From NCBI GenBank assembly GCA_018003015.1, contig JAGNEZ010000032.1, positions 5,388 through 69,387 of the forward strand: 64,000 nucleotides of DNA. The letters run 5' to 3'. Both the position numbers and the translations under genes were made by a program. Below are positions 38,192 to 46,483 of this stretch, in pieces. The notes below the pieces were generated by a model, which saw only the letters and a program-made list of their open reading frames with translations, was not told where the DNA came from and made no database searches. This stretch comes from Phycisphaerae bacterium. GTDB lineage: Bacteria > Planctomycetota > Phycisphaerae > UBA1845 > PWPN01. The first letter of the stretch is position 1. The number at the start of each line of letters is the position of its first letter.

Positions 38192-38824
38192 GTGTACAAG
38201 ATCTCCTGGCCAAACCGGATCACGCTGGCTCGCATTCTCCTCGTCGGGCCGTTCGTGGTCATGCTGCTACACCTGCAGGATCCGGCCTGGGGCGACCGGG
38301 CACGATGGCTCGCCCTGGGGATCTTCGCGGCCATGGCGGTCAGCGACGCCCTGGATGGATACCTGGCTCGCCGGCTGCACCAGGAATCGGCCGTCGGGCG
38401 GTTCCTCGATCCCCTGGCCGACAAAATGCTGATTCTCTGCTCGGTCGGCCTCCTGGCTCACCGAGGCACGCACGTCAGCGGCATGCTTCTTCCGGACGTG
38501 GTGGCGGTGACCGTGATCGGCAAGGACCTGATCGTGGTCATCGGTTTCTGTATTGTCTACTTCTCGACCTCGCGGATCTACATCGAACCCCGCCGCGTCG
38601 GCAAGCTGTGCACCTTCGCTCAACTCAGCATGGTCATCTCGATTCTGCTCTCGCCCGATCTGCCGGAATCGCTGTCCTGGATCCCGGTCGTGTTGTGGTG
38701 GACGGCGTCCATCCTGGCGGCGGCGACCGTGATCCAGTACTTCCAGATGGCCCGGCGGTTCCTGGCCGCCCATGAAGCCAACGGAGCCAAGGGACGGGCG
38801 AACGAAGCGAGAAGCGACCAGTGA
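38192..38824 (+). CDS. pgsA: CDP-diacylglycerol--glycerol-3-phosphate 3-phosphatidyltransferase (CDP-alcohol phosphatidyltransferase family)
   Basis: Perfect family motif D(x)2DG(x)2AR(x)8G(x)3D(x)3D in SDALDGYLARRLHQESAVGRFLDPLADK. About 6 TM helices. GTG start. Confidence 0.9.
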   Translation: MYKISWPNRITLARILLVGPFVVMLLHLQDPAWGDRARWLALGIFAAMAVSDALDGYLARRLHQESAVGRFLDPLADKMLILCSVGLLAHRGTHVSGMLLPDVVAVTVIGKDLIVVIGFCIVYFSTSRIYIEPRRVGKLCTFAQLSMVISILLSPDLPESLSWIPVVLWWTASILAAATVIQYFQMARRFLAAHEANGAKGRANEARSDQ

Positions 38825-39594
38825 GCAACGCGAACGAAATGCAGGAACGCGAGGTCTTTGCCCCGCCACGCACCGAGGTCGTCCGGTCATCGCCCGGGGG
38901 GCGACTACCACGATGGGACCGAGCCCTCGTCTTCTTTCTCGTCGCGGTCGCGGGATACCTGGTCCTGCTGAATCAGGATCTGCCACTGATGCGGATCCGG
39001 TATACGATCATTCGCGGCGAGCCGCAGGGCTGGCTGAAGGAAGCACTGGGCAGCGTGCGCGAGTTCGGGCAGGCCGGGGCAGTGATTCTGGCCATCGCGA
39101 TCGCGGCCAGTTACGACCGGCGATGGAAGCCGGTCGTGTGCGCCCTGCTACTGGCCGAGATTCTGGCCGCGGCTGGCTACGATTCGGGCAAGTACCTCCT
39201 GCCTCGGCACCGGCCGTACGCGGCAATCCGACAACACGCTGAAGGCTCGGCGACCCCTGGCCTGCAGACGCTGCAGCAATTCACGGTCAGCGATACCTGG
39301 CTCGGCTCGCGCCCTTCCAGCCACGGCTTTGACACCGAGTCGTTTCCCTCCGGCCACTCCGCCAGCTCGTTCGCGATTGCCTGCGTCCTGAGCTGCTACT
39401 ATCCCCGACTGGCCTGGCTGCTGTGGCCGCTGGCGTTCGGTTGTGCGGCCTCACGATACCTTGAAGCCGTGCACTGGCTGAGTGACTGCTGGTTCGGGGC
39501 GTTCTGGGGATACCTCTCCGGCCGGCTCGCGTTGTTCATCGTTGTTCGGAGCGGTACCATCAGCGGTAGGGTCCATTCTCGTTCACTGCCGTAG
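38821..39594 (+). CDS. PAP2-family lipid phosphatase (PgpB-like)
   Basis: Three acid-phosphatase motifs: KYLLPRHRP, PSGHS, SRYLEAVHWLSD. Polytopic. GTG start overlapping the pgsA stop (GTGA). Confidence 0.88.
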   Translation: MSNANEMQEREVFAPPRTEVVRSSPGGRLPRWDRALVFFLVAVAGYLVLLNQDLPLMRIRYTIIRGEPQGWLKEALGSVREFGQAGAVILAIAIAASYDRRWKPVVCALLLAEILAAAGYDSGKYLLPRHRPYAAIRQHAEGSATPGLQTLQQFTVSDTWLGSRPSSHGFDTESFPSGHSASSFAIACVLSCYYPRLAWLLWPLAFGCAASRYLEAVHWLSDCWFGAFWGYLSGRLALFIVVRSGTISGRVHSRSLP

Positions 39595-39628
39595 TACTCC
39601 GTCTAGCGGACCACGCCGTGAAACGGCC

Positions 39629-41032
39629 TCAAATCGACCATCCCTGGCGGTACTCGCGATGCACGAACTTGTTGGCATCGGGCAGATTGTTCACCTTCAG
39701 GGCGGGCCAGTTCCACTCCAGTGTCCGGCCGGGGAAGCGCAGAGCCACGTTCCCGAGCAGCAGTGCCTCGGTCACCGTGGCCGCGAACTCGAAGTTGGCG
39801 CCGGCCGGCTCGCCGCCCCTGCAGGCCTGGAGCCACTCCTCGTGATGGCCGATCGATCGGGGCAGCGTTTTCGGCGGCGGCTTGAACGCGTCTGCCCGGG
39901 CGGCAGGGACGAGACGCGGTTTCTGGCCGCAGAATCCGCAGACCAACGCACCCTCGTCGCCCACCAGGATCATACCTTCGTCCTCGAGCGGTCGCTTGGG
40001 CTCCATGTGCCGGGGTCTGACCGGGCGCAGCCCGCCGTCGTACCAGAAGACGCTGACCGGCGGCATCGAGCCGCGGGCGGGGAATTCCCAGCGGATGAGA
40101 GAAGCCTGCGGCCAGCTTTCGCTGTTCATCTCCGGCTTGGCCCACATCTTGGCGGCGAAGCCCGCGCCGCTCGCCTCGACGGCCAGGGGGCCCCTCAGAC
40201 GCAGCACTCTGAAGATGATATCGAAGGCGTAGCAGCCCATGTCGCCCAAGGCGCCGGTCCCGAAATCCCGCCAGCCTCTGAAAACCAGCGGCAGATAGGC
40301 GGGATGGTATGGCCGATGCGGGGCAGGTCCCAGCCAGAGATCCCAATCGAGCGTCGGGGGGACGGGAGGCGTGTCTGTCGGCCGCTCCATGCCTTGGGGC
40401 CAGAACGGGCGGTTGGACCACAGGTGGACCTCGCGGACGGCACCGATGGCCCCGGCATCAACCCACTCACGCAGGAGGCGTGGCTCCTCGCCGGCCTGGG
40501 GCCCGGTGCCCAACTGGGTCGCCCGCCAGGTTTCGCGGGTCAGCCCACTAAGCGTACGGGCCTCGTAGATGGTGTGGGTGAACGGTTTCTGGCAGTAGAC
40601 ATGCTTGCCGGCTTTCAGAGCGGCGGAGGCGATCACCGCATGGCTGTGGTCCGGAGTGACGATCAGAGTCGCGTCGAGATCCCTGTGCTGCGAGAACAAC
40701 TCGTGATAGTCCTTGTAGGTCTTGCACGCCTTGTCGCCGTAGTGGGCGTTGACGGCGTTCCGGGCGGCGGTCAGGTTCTTGACCTCGACATCGCAGACCG
40801 CCACGACTCGCACCTGCGACTTGTCGAGAAAGCTCCCCATGTCGCGCATGCCCTGATCGCCCACACCGATTGCGGCGAGGGTGATGACTTCGCTGGGCGC
40901 TGTCTGGCCCGCGCCGCCCAGGACATGCCGGGGGACGAGCGTCCACGCAGCACCGGTCGCGGCGGCCCCCGCCACGAACTGCCGGCGAGAGACCCCGCCG
41001 GCCCGATTCCGAACTGGCCTTGGTGAGTTCAT
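39629..41032 (-). CDS. Gfo/Idh/MocA-family NAD(P)-dependent oxidoreductase with twin-arginine signal
   Basis: TAT motif SRRQFVAGAAATGAAW. Rossmann region LAAIGVGDQG...VVAVCDV. A CQKP variant of the EKP motif. 467 aa. Confidence 0.92.
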   Translation of the reverse strand: MNSPRPVRNRAGGVSRRQFVAGAAATGAAWTLVPRHVLGGAGQTAPSEVITLAAIGVGDQGMRDMGSFLDKSQVRVVAVCDVEVKNLTAARNAVNAHYGDKACKTYKDYHELFSQHRDLDATLIVTPDHSHAVIASAALKAGKHVYCQKPFTHTIYEARTLSGLTRETWRATQLGTGPQAGEEPRLLREWVDAGAIGAVREVHLWSNRPFWPQGMERPTDTPPVPPTLDWDLWLGPAPHRPYHPAYLPLVFRGWRDFGTGALGDMGCYAFDIIFRVLRLRGPLAVEASGAGFAAKMWAKPEMNSESWPQASLIRWEFPARGSMPPVSVFWYDGGLRPVRPRHMEPKRPLEDEGMILVGDEGALVCGFCGQKPRLVPAARADAFKPPPKTLPRSIGHHEEWLQACRGGEPAGANFEFAATVTEALLLGNVALRFPGRTLEWNWPALKVNNLPDANKFVHREYRQGWSI

Positions 41033-41814
41033 CCTTCGCTCCCTTCACGAGCCGCCTTCGGATCGAGCGACTTGATGAAGATGTTCTTGAACTGCAGCAG
41101 GGCCGGTGGGCTGACCCACTTGCCCTCCTTTTTATCACCGTGGTGTTGCAGGCCAATGGCCCCCTTGGCTGCGAGGCCGGGCAACTTCGCACCCGGAAGG
41201 ACCGTCTTGCCGTTCAGCACGACCTTGACCACGTCGCCGCGCACGGTGATCTCGTATCGATTCCACTCACCGACCGGCTTGTCCGCCTGAGTCCTGGGGG
41301 TGACCGCGGCGCGCACTTCCGGGGACACCTTCGGATCGGTGCGATAGCCGTACATTTCGCCGGAACCGATCGGCCAGCACCAGATATTGCACTGGTTCTT
41401 CGCGCTGCCCCGGACCATGACGCCGGAATCGGAATCCGGCAGGGCCATGCGCATTTCCTTGCCGTGGATGTCGCGAGCGTGGGTGCCGTCCGGGAGGATG
41501 TACGGCACGTTGGGGTTGGTGTAGGGCGTCTCCTTGATGCGCCAGTCTACGCGGAGAACGAAGTCGGTATACTCCTGCGTGGTCCAGAGGCTCTTATCGC
41601 CCTTGGCCGCGCTCCCGGCGTCGTAGTCGATGACCCCGTCGACGACTCTCCAATGGCCGCCGTCGCCCTCGGGCACCTTCCATCCGGAGAAATCCTTGCC
41701 ATTGAATAGGGAGATGAAGCCTTCCCCGGGCTCGTTGTCGGCCGACCCCACCATCGGCGCCAGCAGGCCCATGACGGCGAACAGTACCGCGAGCAAAACA
41801 GGCGTCTTCTTCAT
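41029..41814 (-). CDS. DUF1080 (3-keto-disaccharide hydrolase family) secreted protein
   Basis: Signal peptide, then the family hallmark FISLFNGKDFSGWKV...GHWRVVDGVIDY and the C-terminal IGLQHHG...FKNIFIK. Its stop overlaps the start of the downstream oxidoreductase by 4 nt. Confidence 0.92.
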   Translation of the reverse strand: MKKTPVLLAVLFAVMGLLAPMVGSADNEPGEGFISLFNGKDFSGWKVPEGDGGHWRVVDGVIDYDAGSAAKGDKSLWTTQEYTDFVLRVDWRIKETPYTNPNVPYILPDGTHARDIHGKEMRMALPDSDSGVMVRGSAKNQCNIWCWPIGSGEMYGYRTDPKVSPEVRAAVTPRTQADKPVGEWNRYEITVRGDVVKVVLNGKTVLPGAKLPGLAAKGAIGLQHHGDKKEGKWVSPPALLQFKNIFIKSLDPKAAREGSEG

Positions 41815-41847
41815 GTCAGTCTCCTCGAAACGACGAACAGGTATCCA

Positions 41848-43119
41848 TCAACGTGCCGATGGCGAAGTCGGTTCAGGCCATCGGATATCCGAAGGCGGCC
41901 GGCCGGTCTTGGGCCGATCGAACTTCTCGCCGTACTTGGTGAATCCGTCCACGAATCCGCCGTGCGAGAGGAAGAACTGCCCCTTCTCGATGCCCATGAA
42001 ACGATCGAGGCGGTCTGCCTTGCCGGTTTCGTCGTGACTGAAGGAGGCGGCGGTCAGCTCGACCCACCGGCCCGCAGCTGTTCGGATCCACTGGTTGCCG
42101 TAGAGGGCCTTTCGCACGACGTGTCCGTTGGCTCCGCCGAAGTTCTCGCTGAAGCTGTATAGCCCGCGGAGATAGCCGCCCTCCTTGGGGGCTCTCCAAC
42201 TCGAGATCAGGATCCAGTCCTTCTTCTCCGGGTGAAAGTAATAGCCGGAGTAGATGGTGTGGGTCGCGTCGGTCGGCTTGGCCGTCACGATGAATCGCTG
42301 CCTCTCCCCGGTCTTCCACATGAACTTGAGGTGGCTGTGGCCACCGGTGCCTTCGTTGCCGAAATCGCCCGAGTAGACGCCCTCGCCCTTGCCGACCAGG
42401 GTGACGCGGTTGTCGGCCGCCACCTTGCTGCGATCCACGGCCTCATCACCGCTGTCCCAGACGCTGAAGATGATCCGCCGTTCGGTCGGGCTGTTGACCT
42501 GCATGCCGAAGTAGCCCCGATGCCAGCCGCAGGCCATGTAGTAGGTCCAAAGCGGATCCTCGAGGCCAGTCATCTCGCAGTAGAAGACTTCGACCTCTTC
42601 GTCCTTAGGCACGGGGTAGAATAGATGGACGGAGGCGGCGTTGCGGCGAGGCTTGAGATTGAAGTGGGCGTCTTGGGTTGCAGATCCATCCAGCAGCAGG
42701 GCTTCCAGGTCGCCCGCGGGCCGGCCTTTCTCGTTGAGCGATTCGAGCGCAAACCGCTGGTATCCCGCGGCCGGCACCTCGAACAACCCAAAACGCACGA
42801 TGACCCGATCCCGCCCGTTGCCCTCGGCCGATGATTCACGGGATCGGCCGGCCACGGTGAGCCGCAGGCGTGAGGTCGCCCCGGACGGTAACCGCAGCTC
42901 GACGCAACACTCGAGCGACCCCGGCTTCTTGAGCTGTCCGAACCACAGCACCTTCTGCGACGGGTCCTTCCAGCCGGTGACGCCCTTCTCGGAAACATGC
43001 ACCGCTTCCGGCTTTGGATCGACGTAGGCGGTGGATGCGGGCACACGAAGCCTGCCATCCGCCGCCGCCGCCATCGAGGCGGTGAAGCACAGCCCGACCA
43101 TCGTCCAGATCCTCATCAT
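41848..43119 (-). CDS. DUF5077/DUF3472 domain secreted protein
   Basis: Signal peptide. C-terminal half (IFSVWDSGDEAVDRS...GNEGTGGHSHLKFMWKTGERQRF...YSGYYFHPEKKDWILISSWRAP) matches my recollection of DUF3472. Function unknown. Confidence 0.78.
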   Translation of the reverse strand: MMRIWTMVGLCFTASMAAAADGRLRVPASTAYVDPKPEAVHVSEKGVTGWKDPSQKVLWFGQLKKPGSLECCVELRLPSGATSRLRLTVAGRSRESSAEGNGRDRVIVRFGLFEVPAAGYQRFALESLNEKGRPAGDLEALLLDGSATQDAHFNLKPRRNAASVHLFYPVPKDEEVEVFYCEMTGLEDPLWTYYMACGWHRGYFGMQVNSPTERRIIFSVWDSGDEAVDRSKVAADNRVTLVGKGEGVYSGDFGNEGTGGHSHLKFMWKTGERQRFIVTAKPTDATHTIYSGYYFHPEKKDWILISSWRAPKEGGYLRGLYSFSENFGGANGHVVRKALYGNQWIRTAAGRWVELTAASFSHDETGKADRLDRFMGIEKGQFFLSHGGFVDGFTKYGEKFDRPKTGRPPSDIRWPEPTSPSAR

Positions 43120-43144
43120 CTCACGATCCTCCCTGACAGACCGC

Positions 43145-44404
43145 TCACAGCGTCCACGGCGACCGCATCGCCCGCGTGAGCCTCTTGGTTGCCTCGGCGT
43201 CGCCCACGATCGCTTCCTTCCTGGGATCCCAGGTGATCCTGCGCTTCAACCGAATGGTGATATCGGCCAGGTGGCTGATGATGTCGGAACGCACGGCGTC
43301 GCCGAGCGGGCTAACCGTCCTGCGGCGCGATTTCACGGCGTCGATGAAGTTCTGGTCCTGCCGCGGGCTCCCGATGAGATGAACCTCGTCGGGACCGATC
43401 TTGGACTGCAGCAGTGACTTGGGCTCGGCGTCAATCCCGCTACGCCAGATGCGCACCCAGCCGTTTGGCCCGATAAACTTGGTCGAATCACCACCGGGCT
43501 TGAAGGACATCTTCACGCCGTTGGCCATCTGGTAGGTCACGTCCCAGTTGATCACCGTGTTGTAGAGCCCTTTCGTCGGTACCTTGCCGGTGCCTTCGAC
43601 GGTCATCGGGCCGGCGATGTCGGCGTCCGAGCCCCAGATCATGATATCCAGCGGGTGCGCGCCCCAGCCGGCAAGATAACCAATCGAGTAGTCGTAAATG
43701 TAGTACGTTCCGGGTGTCACGCAGCGGTCCTTGGTGTACGGCGCCATCGGGGCCGGACCGATCCACATCGAATAGTCAAGGGTCGGCGGCACGGGGATTT
43801 CCTCGGTCGAGCCGCCCTCACCGCCGTCGGGCGCGATGACCTCGATGGTGTGCACCTTGCCGATTCGCCCGCTGCGAACCAGCTCGCAACCGAAGCGGCA
43901 GTGGGCCGAGCTGCGCTGCTGGGTGCCGTACTGAAAGACCCGCTTCTTCTCGGTGAAGATCTTACGGCAGGCAAGGTCCTGCTCGATAGTCACGCCGAGC
44001 GGCTTCTCGACGTAAGCGTCTTTGCCCGCCCGAGCCGCAGCAAGGGCGATCGGCACGTGCCAGTGATCGGGTGTGGCCACAACCACCGCGTCGATGTCCT
44101 TGCGAGCCAGCAATTCGCGGAAGTCGGCGTAACCCTGGCCGTTGATCCGCCGGGCGGCCGCCGCGCGGCGATCGCTGTAAGCGTCGGCGACGGCCACGCT
44201 CTGGGCGTTCTTGCAGTTCAGGAATCCGTTGAGCAGGTAGGTTCCCTGGCCGCCGACACCGATGTGCCCGAGTGTCACCCGCTCGCTGGCCGGGGCTGTT
44301 TCAGCGTTTCCCAGCGCCGTCGAGGTGATCATGTACGGGGCACTGGCCACAGCCATCGCCCTCTTCAGAACATACCGCCTGGTCGTCTTCCAGTCCTGCA
44401 TCAT
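43145..44404 (-). CDS. Gfo/Idh/MocA-family oxidoreductase with TAT-like signal
   Basis: N-terminus TRRYVLKRAMAVASAPYM. Rossmann LGHIGVGGQG...VAVADA. EKP motif (AYVEKPLG). 419 aa. Confidence 0.92.
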   Translation of the reverse strand: MMQDWKTTRRYVLKRAMAVASAPYMITSTALGNAETAPASERVTLGHIGVGGQGTYLLNGFLNCKNAQSVAVADAYSDRRAAAARRINGQGYADFRELLARKDIDAVVVATPDHWHVPIALAAARAGKDAYVEKPLGVTIEQDLACRKIFTEKKRVFQYGTQQRSSAHCRFGCELVRSGRIGKVHTIEVIAPDGGEGGSTEEIPVPPTLDYSMWIGPAPMAPYTKDRCVTPGTYYIYDYSIGYLAGWGAHPLDIMIWGSDADIAGPMTVEGTGKVPTKGLYNTVINWDVTYQMANGVKMSFKPGGDSTKFIGPNGWVRIWRSGIDAEPKSLLQSKIGPDEVHLIGSPRQDQNFIDAVKSRRRTVSPLGDAVRSDIISHLADITIRLKRRITWDPRKEAIVGDAEATKRLTRAMRSPWTL

Positions 44405-44650
44405 CGCGCCCCTTTCTCGTCACGGATCCGAGATGTGGCCGGCAGTCGCGCAGGGTCAACCAGCGCCGGCTGGGCCGGCTCGCATTATACCCGGTGGCTC
44501 GAGTTGCACGACCCTGAGCGATTGGCGTCCTTTACGCCCCGCGCTGAGCCTACCTTGTTAAGTGTGCGAGTGCAGGAGTGTGGGACCGGCATCTTGCCTT
44601 TCAACTGACAGACTGCAAGCCGGTCCCCCACTGCCTCCTGAGATAGGCAG

Positions 44651-46054
44651 TCAATCCTTGGGCCAGTCCGGCAACTTGAATTTGAGCACAGCCTTGGTGG
44701 TGTGGTTCCGGTAGTGCCCGACCATCATCTTGGACAGCGACTGCACCGAGAACCGCGTACCCTCGATCTTCAGATCGGCCTGCGTGTTGGCCAGGAGATA
44801 ACTGAACCGCTCGGTGAACGCCGCGGTTCGCTGAACGTAGCGGACCATCTCGGAGGTGTCCCAGTCGGGATGGCGAGGCTTGAAGTCGGGGGGCATCTGG
44901 GCCGGTCCCCACTTGATGAGTGGGATCTCCGGGTCCATCGCGTGGTAGATCTGGCTGAAGAAGTTCAGCTCCGCGCCAGTGGTGTGCTCGAAGTTCCATC
45001 GGATCGTGTGCGTGCCGTCGGACGGCTTGTGATCGAGCTGCACCTTGGTGACCTTTCCCAGGGCGTCAATCAGCGCCTGCCGATCAGCACGCATCGATTC
45101 GAGGGCGGCCTGCATGTCGGCGGCCGGCTTGGCCGGCTTGAAGTCGCAGGCGATGACCGCTGCCGGCCCAGGCTCGGCGTCCGGCTTCGCCGCCGGCTGG
45201 GCCGCGGCGATCGCGTTGCCCTTGACCTCGCGAACGGGTATACCCGCCTCCTTGGCCTTGGCCAGGAAAGCATCGAGCCTGGCGAGCGGGATCTTGCCCA
45301 CGCTGGTCTTGAAGTGAATCGGCCAGACAAAACGGCGGGGCCTGATCTGCTTGACCACCTCGATTGCCTGAGTCGGATCGAGCGTGTACGTCCCGCCCAC
45401 TGGGATCAGGAGGACGTCAACGGGGCCGATGGCCGTGAGTTGCTCGGGGGTCAGTGTGTGGCCAAGGTCTCCGCAGTGCAGGATCCGCACGCCGTCGGTC
45501 TCGATCAGGAACATGGCGTTCTTGCCGCGTCTCGCTCCCGACTCCGCGTCATGGAACGTGGGGATGCTCTTGACGTGGACGGCATGGCTGGTGGGAGTGC
45601 CGACCTCGGTCTTCGCCAGCCACTTGATCTCCGCCTGATTCGGCCGGCGGTCGAGGTAGTGGTCAATCTCGGCCCAGTTCTTGTCCGGCTTGAGCCCATG
45701 AACAATGACCGGCTTGCCTTTGACCACATCGAAGCCGGTGTGATCGAAGTGCTCGTGTGTCGCGAGAACCAGATTGGCAGTCAGGTCCGGCTTGGGAAAG
45801 CCCATCTGCTCGGTGGCCAGGAAGGGATCGATCACGATAGTGAATCCCCAGAAGGTCTCGATCGAGACGCACGCCTGCCCCCACCATCGGATCGCCGTCG
45901 GGGCGGACTCGTCGTTCGCGTTCGGAGGCTGGGCGGACTCAGCGGCGGGTTTTGCCGCGGCCGCAGGGGTCGTCTGACCGCTCTGTGCCAGGACCGCTGT
46001 GCACCAGCTCACCAGGCAAGCGAAGGCCATTGCGTTGAACCATGGGCATCTCAT
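44651..46054 (-). CDS. Secreted metallo-beta-lactamase-fold hydrolase fused to a C-terminal DinB-like domain
   Basis: AAGGAG lies 7 nt upstream of the ATG at 46054. Signal peptide MRCPWFNAMAFACLVSWCTAVLAQ. MBL motif LATHEHFDHTG. The C-terminal about 150 aa are DinB-like (HTIRWNFEHTTGAE...HYRNH). Confidence 0.85.
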   Translation of the reverse strand: MRCPWFNAMAFACLVSWCTAVLAQSGQTTPAAAAKPAAESAQPPNANDESAPTAIRWWGQACVSIETFWGFTIVIDPFLATEQMGFPKPDLTANLVLATHEHFDHTGFDVVKGKPVIVHGLKPDKNWAEIDHYLDRRPNQAEIKWLAKTEVGTPTSHAVHVKSIPTFHDAESGARRGKNAMFLIETDGVRILHCGDLGHTLTPEQLTAIGPVDVLLIPVGGTYTLDPTQAIEVVKQIRPRRFVWPIHFKTSVGKIPLARLDAFLAKAKEAGIPVREVKGNAIAAAQPAAKPDAEPGPAAVIACDFKPAKPAADMQAALESMRADRQALIDALGKVTKVQLDHKPSDGTHTIRWNFEHTTGAELNFFSQIYHAMDPEIPLIKWGPAQMPPDFKPRHPDWDTSEMVRYVQRTAAFTERFSYLLANTQADLKIEGTRFSVQSLSKMMVGHYRNHTTKAVLKFKLPDWPKD

Positions 46055-46438
46055 CGTGATTCTCCTTTGAGGGGTGTGTTCCGCTCTCAACCGATCGCCG
46101 GCCGTCCGGCTGTCCACCGGTCCCATCACCCTCCGGTTCGTCAATGGGTTGTCCACACCGGGACCGCTTCCGAACGCTGCGTCATTATAGCAGGTCGGGT
46201 GAAGAGGCCGCAGGCAGGCGAAGCCCATAAGCCGCTTCCTCTCGTCTACGGCGCCGAACGCCGGATAACCCTGCGTGGCCTGCAAGAGCTGATCGAAGAA
46301 CGGGCGGCGTACCGGCTGCTCGGGGTAAGCGGCAAAGCTGTGGTTGACATCGTGACTGAAGATCTCGACGACCGCGTCACCGTGACAAACGGTCATCGAT
46401 TCCAGGGTAAACCGCGTATGCACCTTCTCGTTGGTCAT
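46055..46438 (-). pseudogene. Possible remnant of a GNAT-family N-acetyltransferase gene (5' fragment, no own stop)
   Basis: The first about 90 codons (..AVVEIFSHDVNHSFAAYPEQPVRRPFFDQLL...YPAFGAVDERKRLMGFACLRPLHP..Y) resemble the N-terminal half of PAT-like GNAT enzymes. Resemblance then decays, and the frame runs straight into the signal peptide of the MBL gene. Confidence 0.3.
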
Positions 46439-46483
46439 GTGCTCAAATGCACCTCATAGCACGTTGACCGACTACCTCTATCG

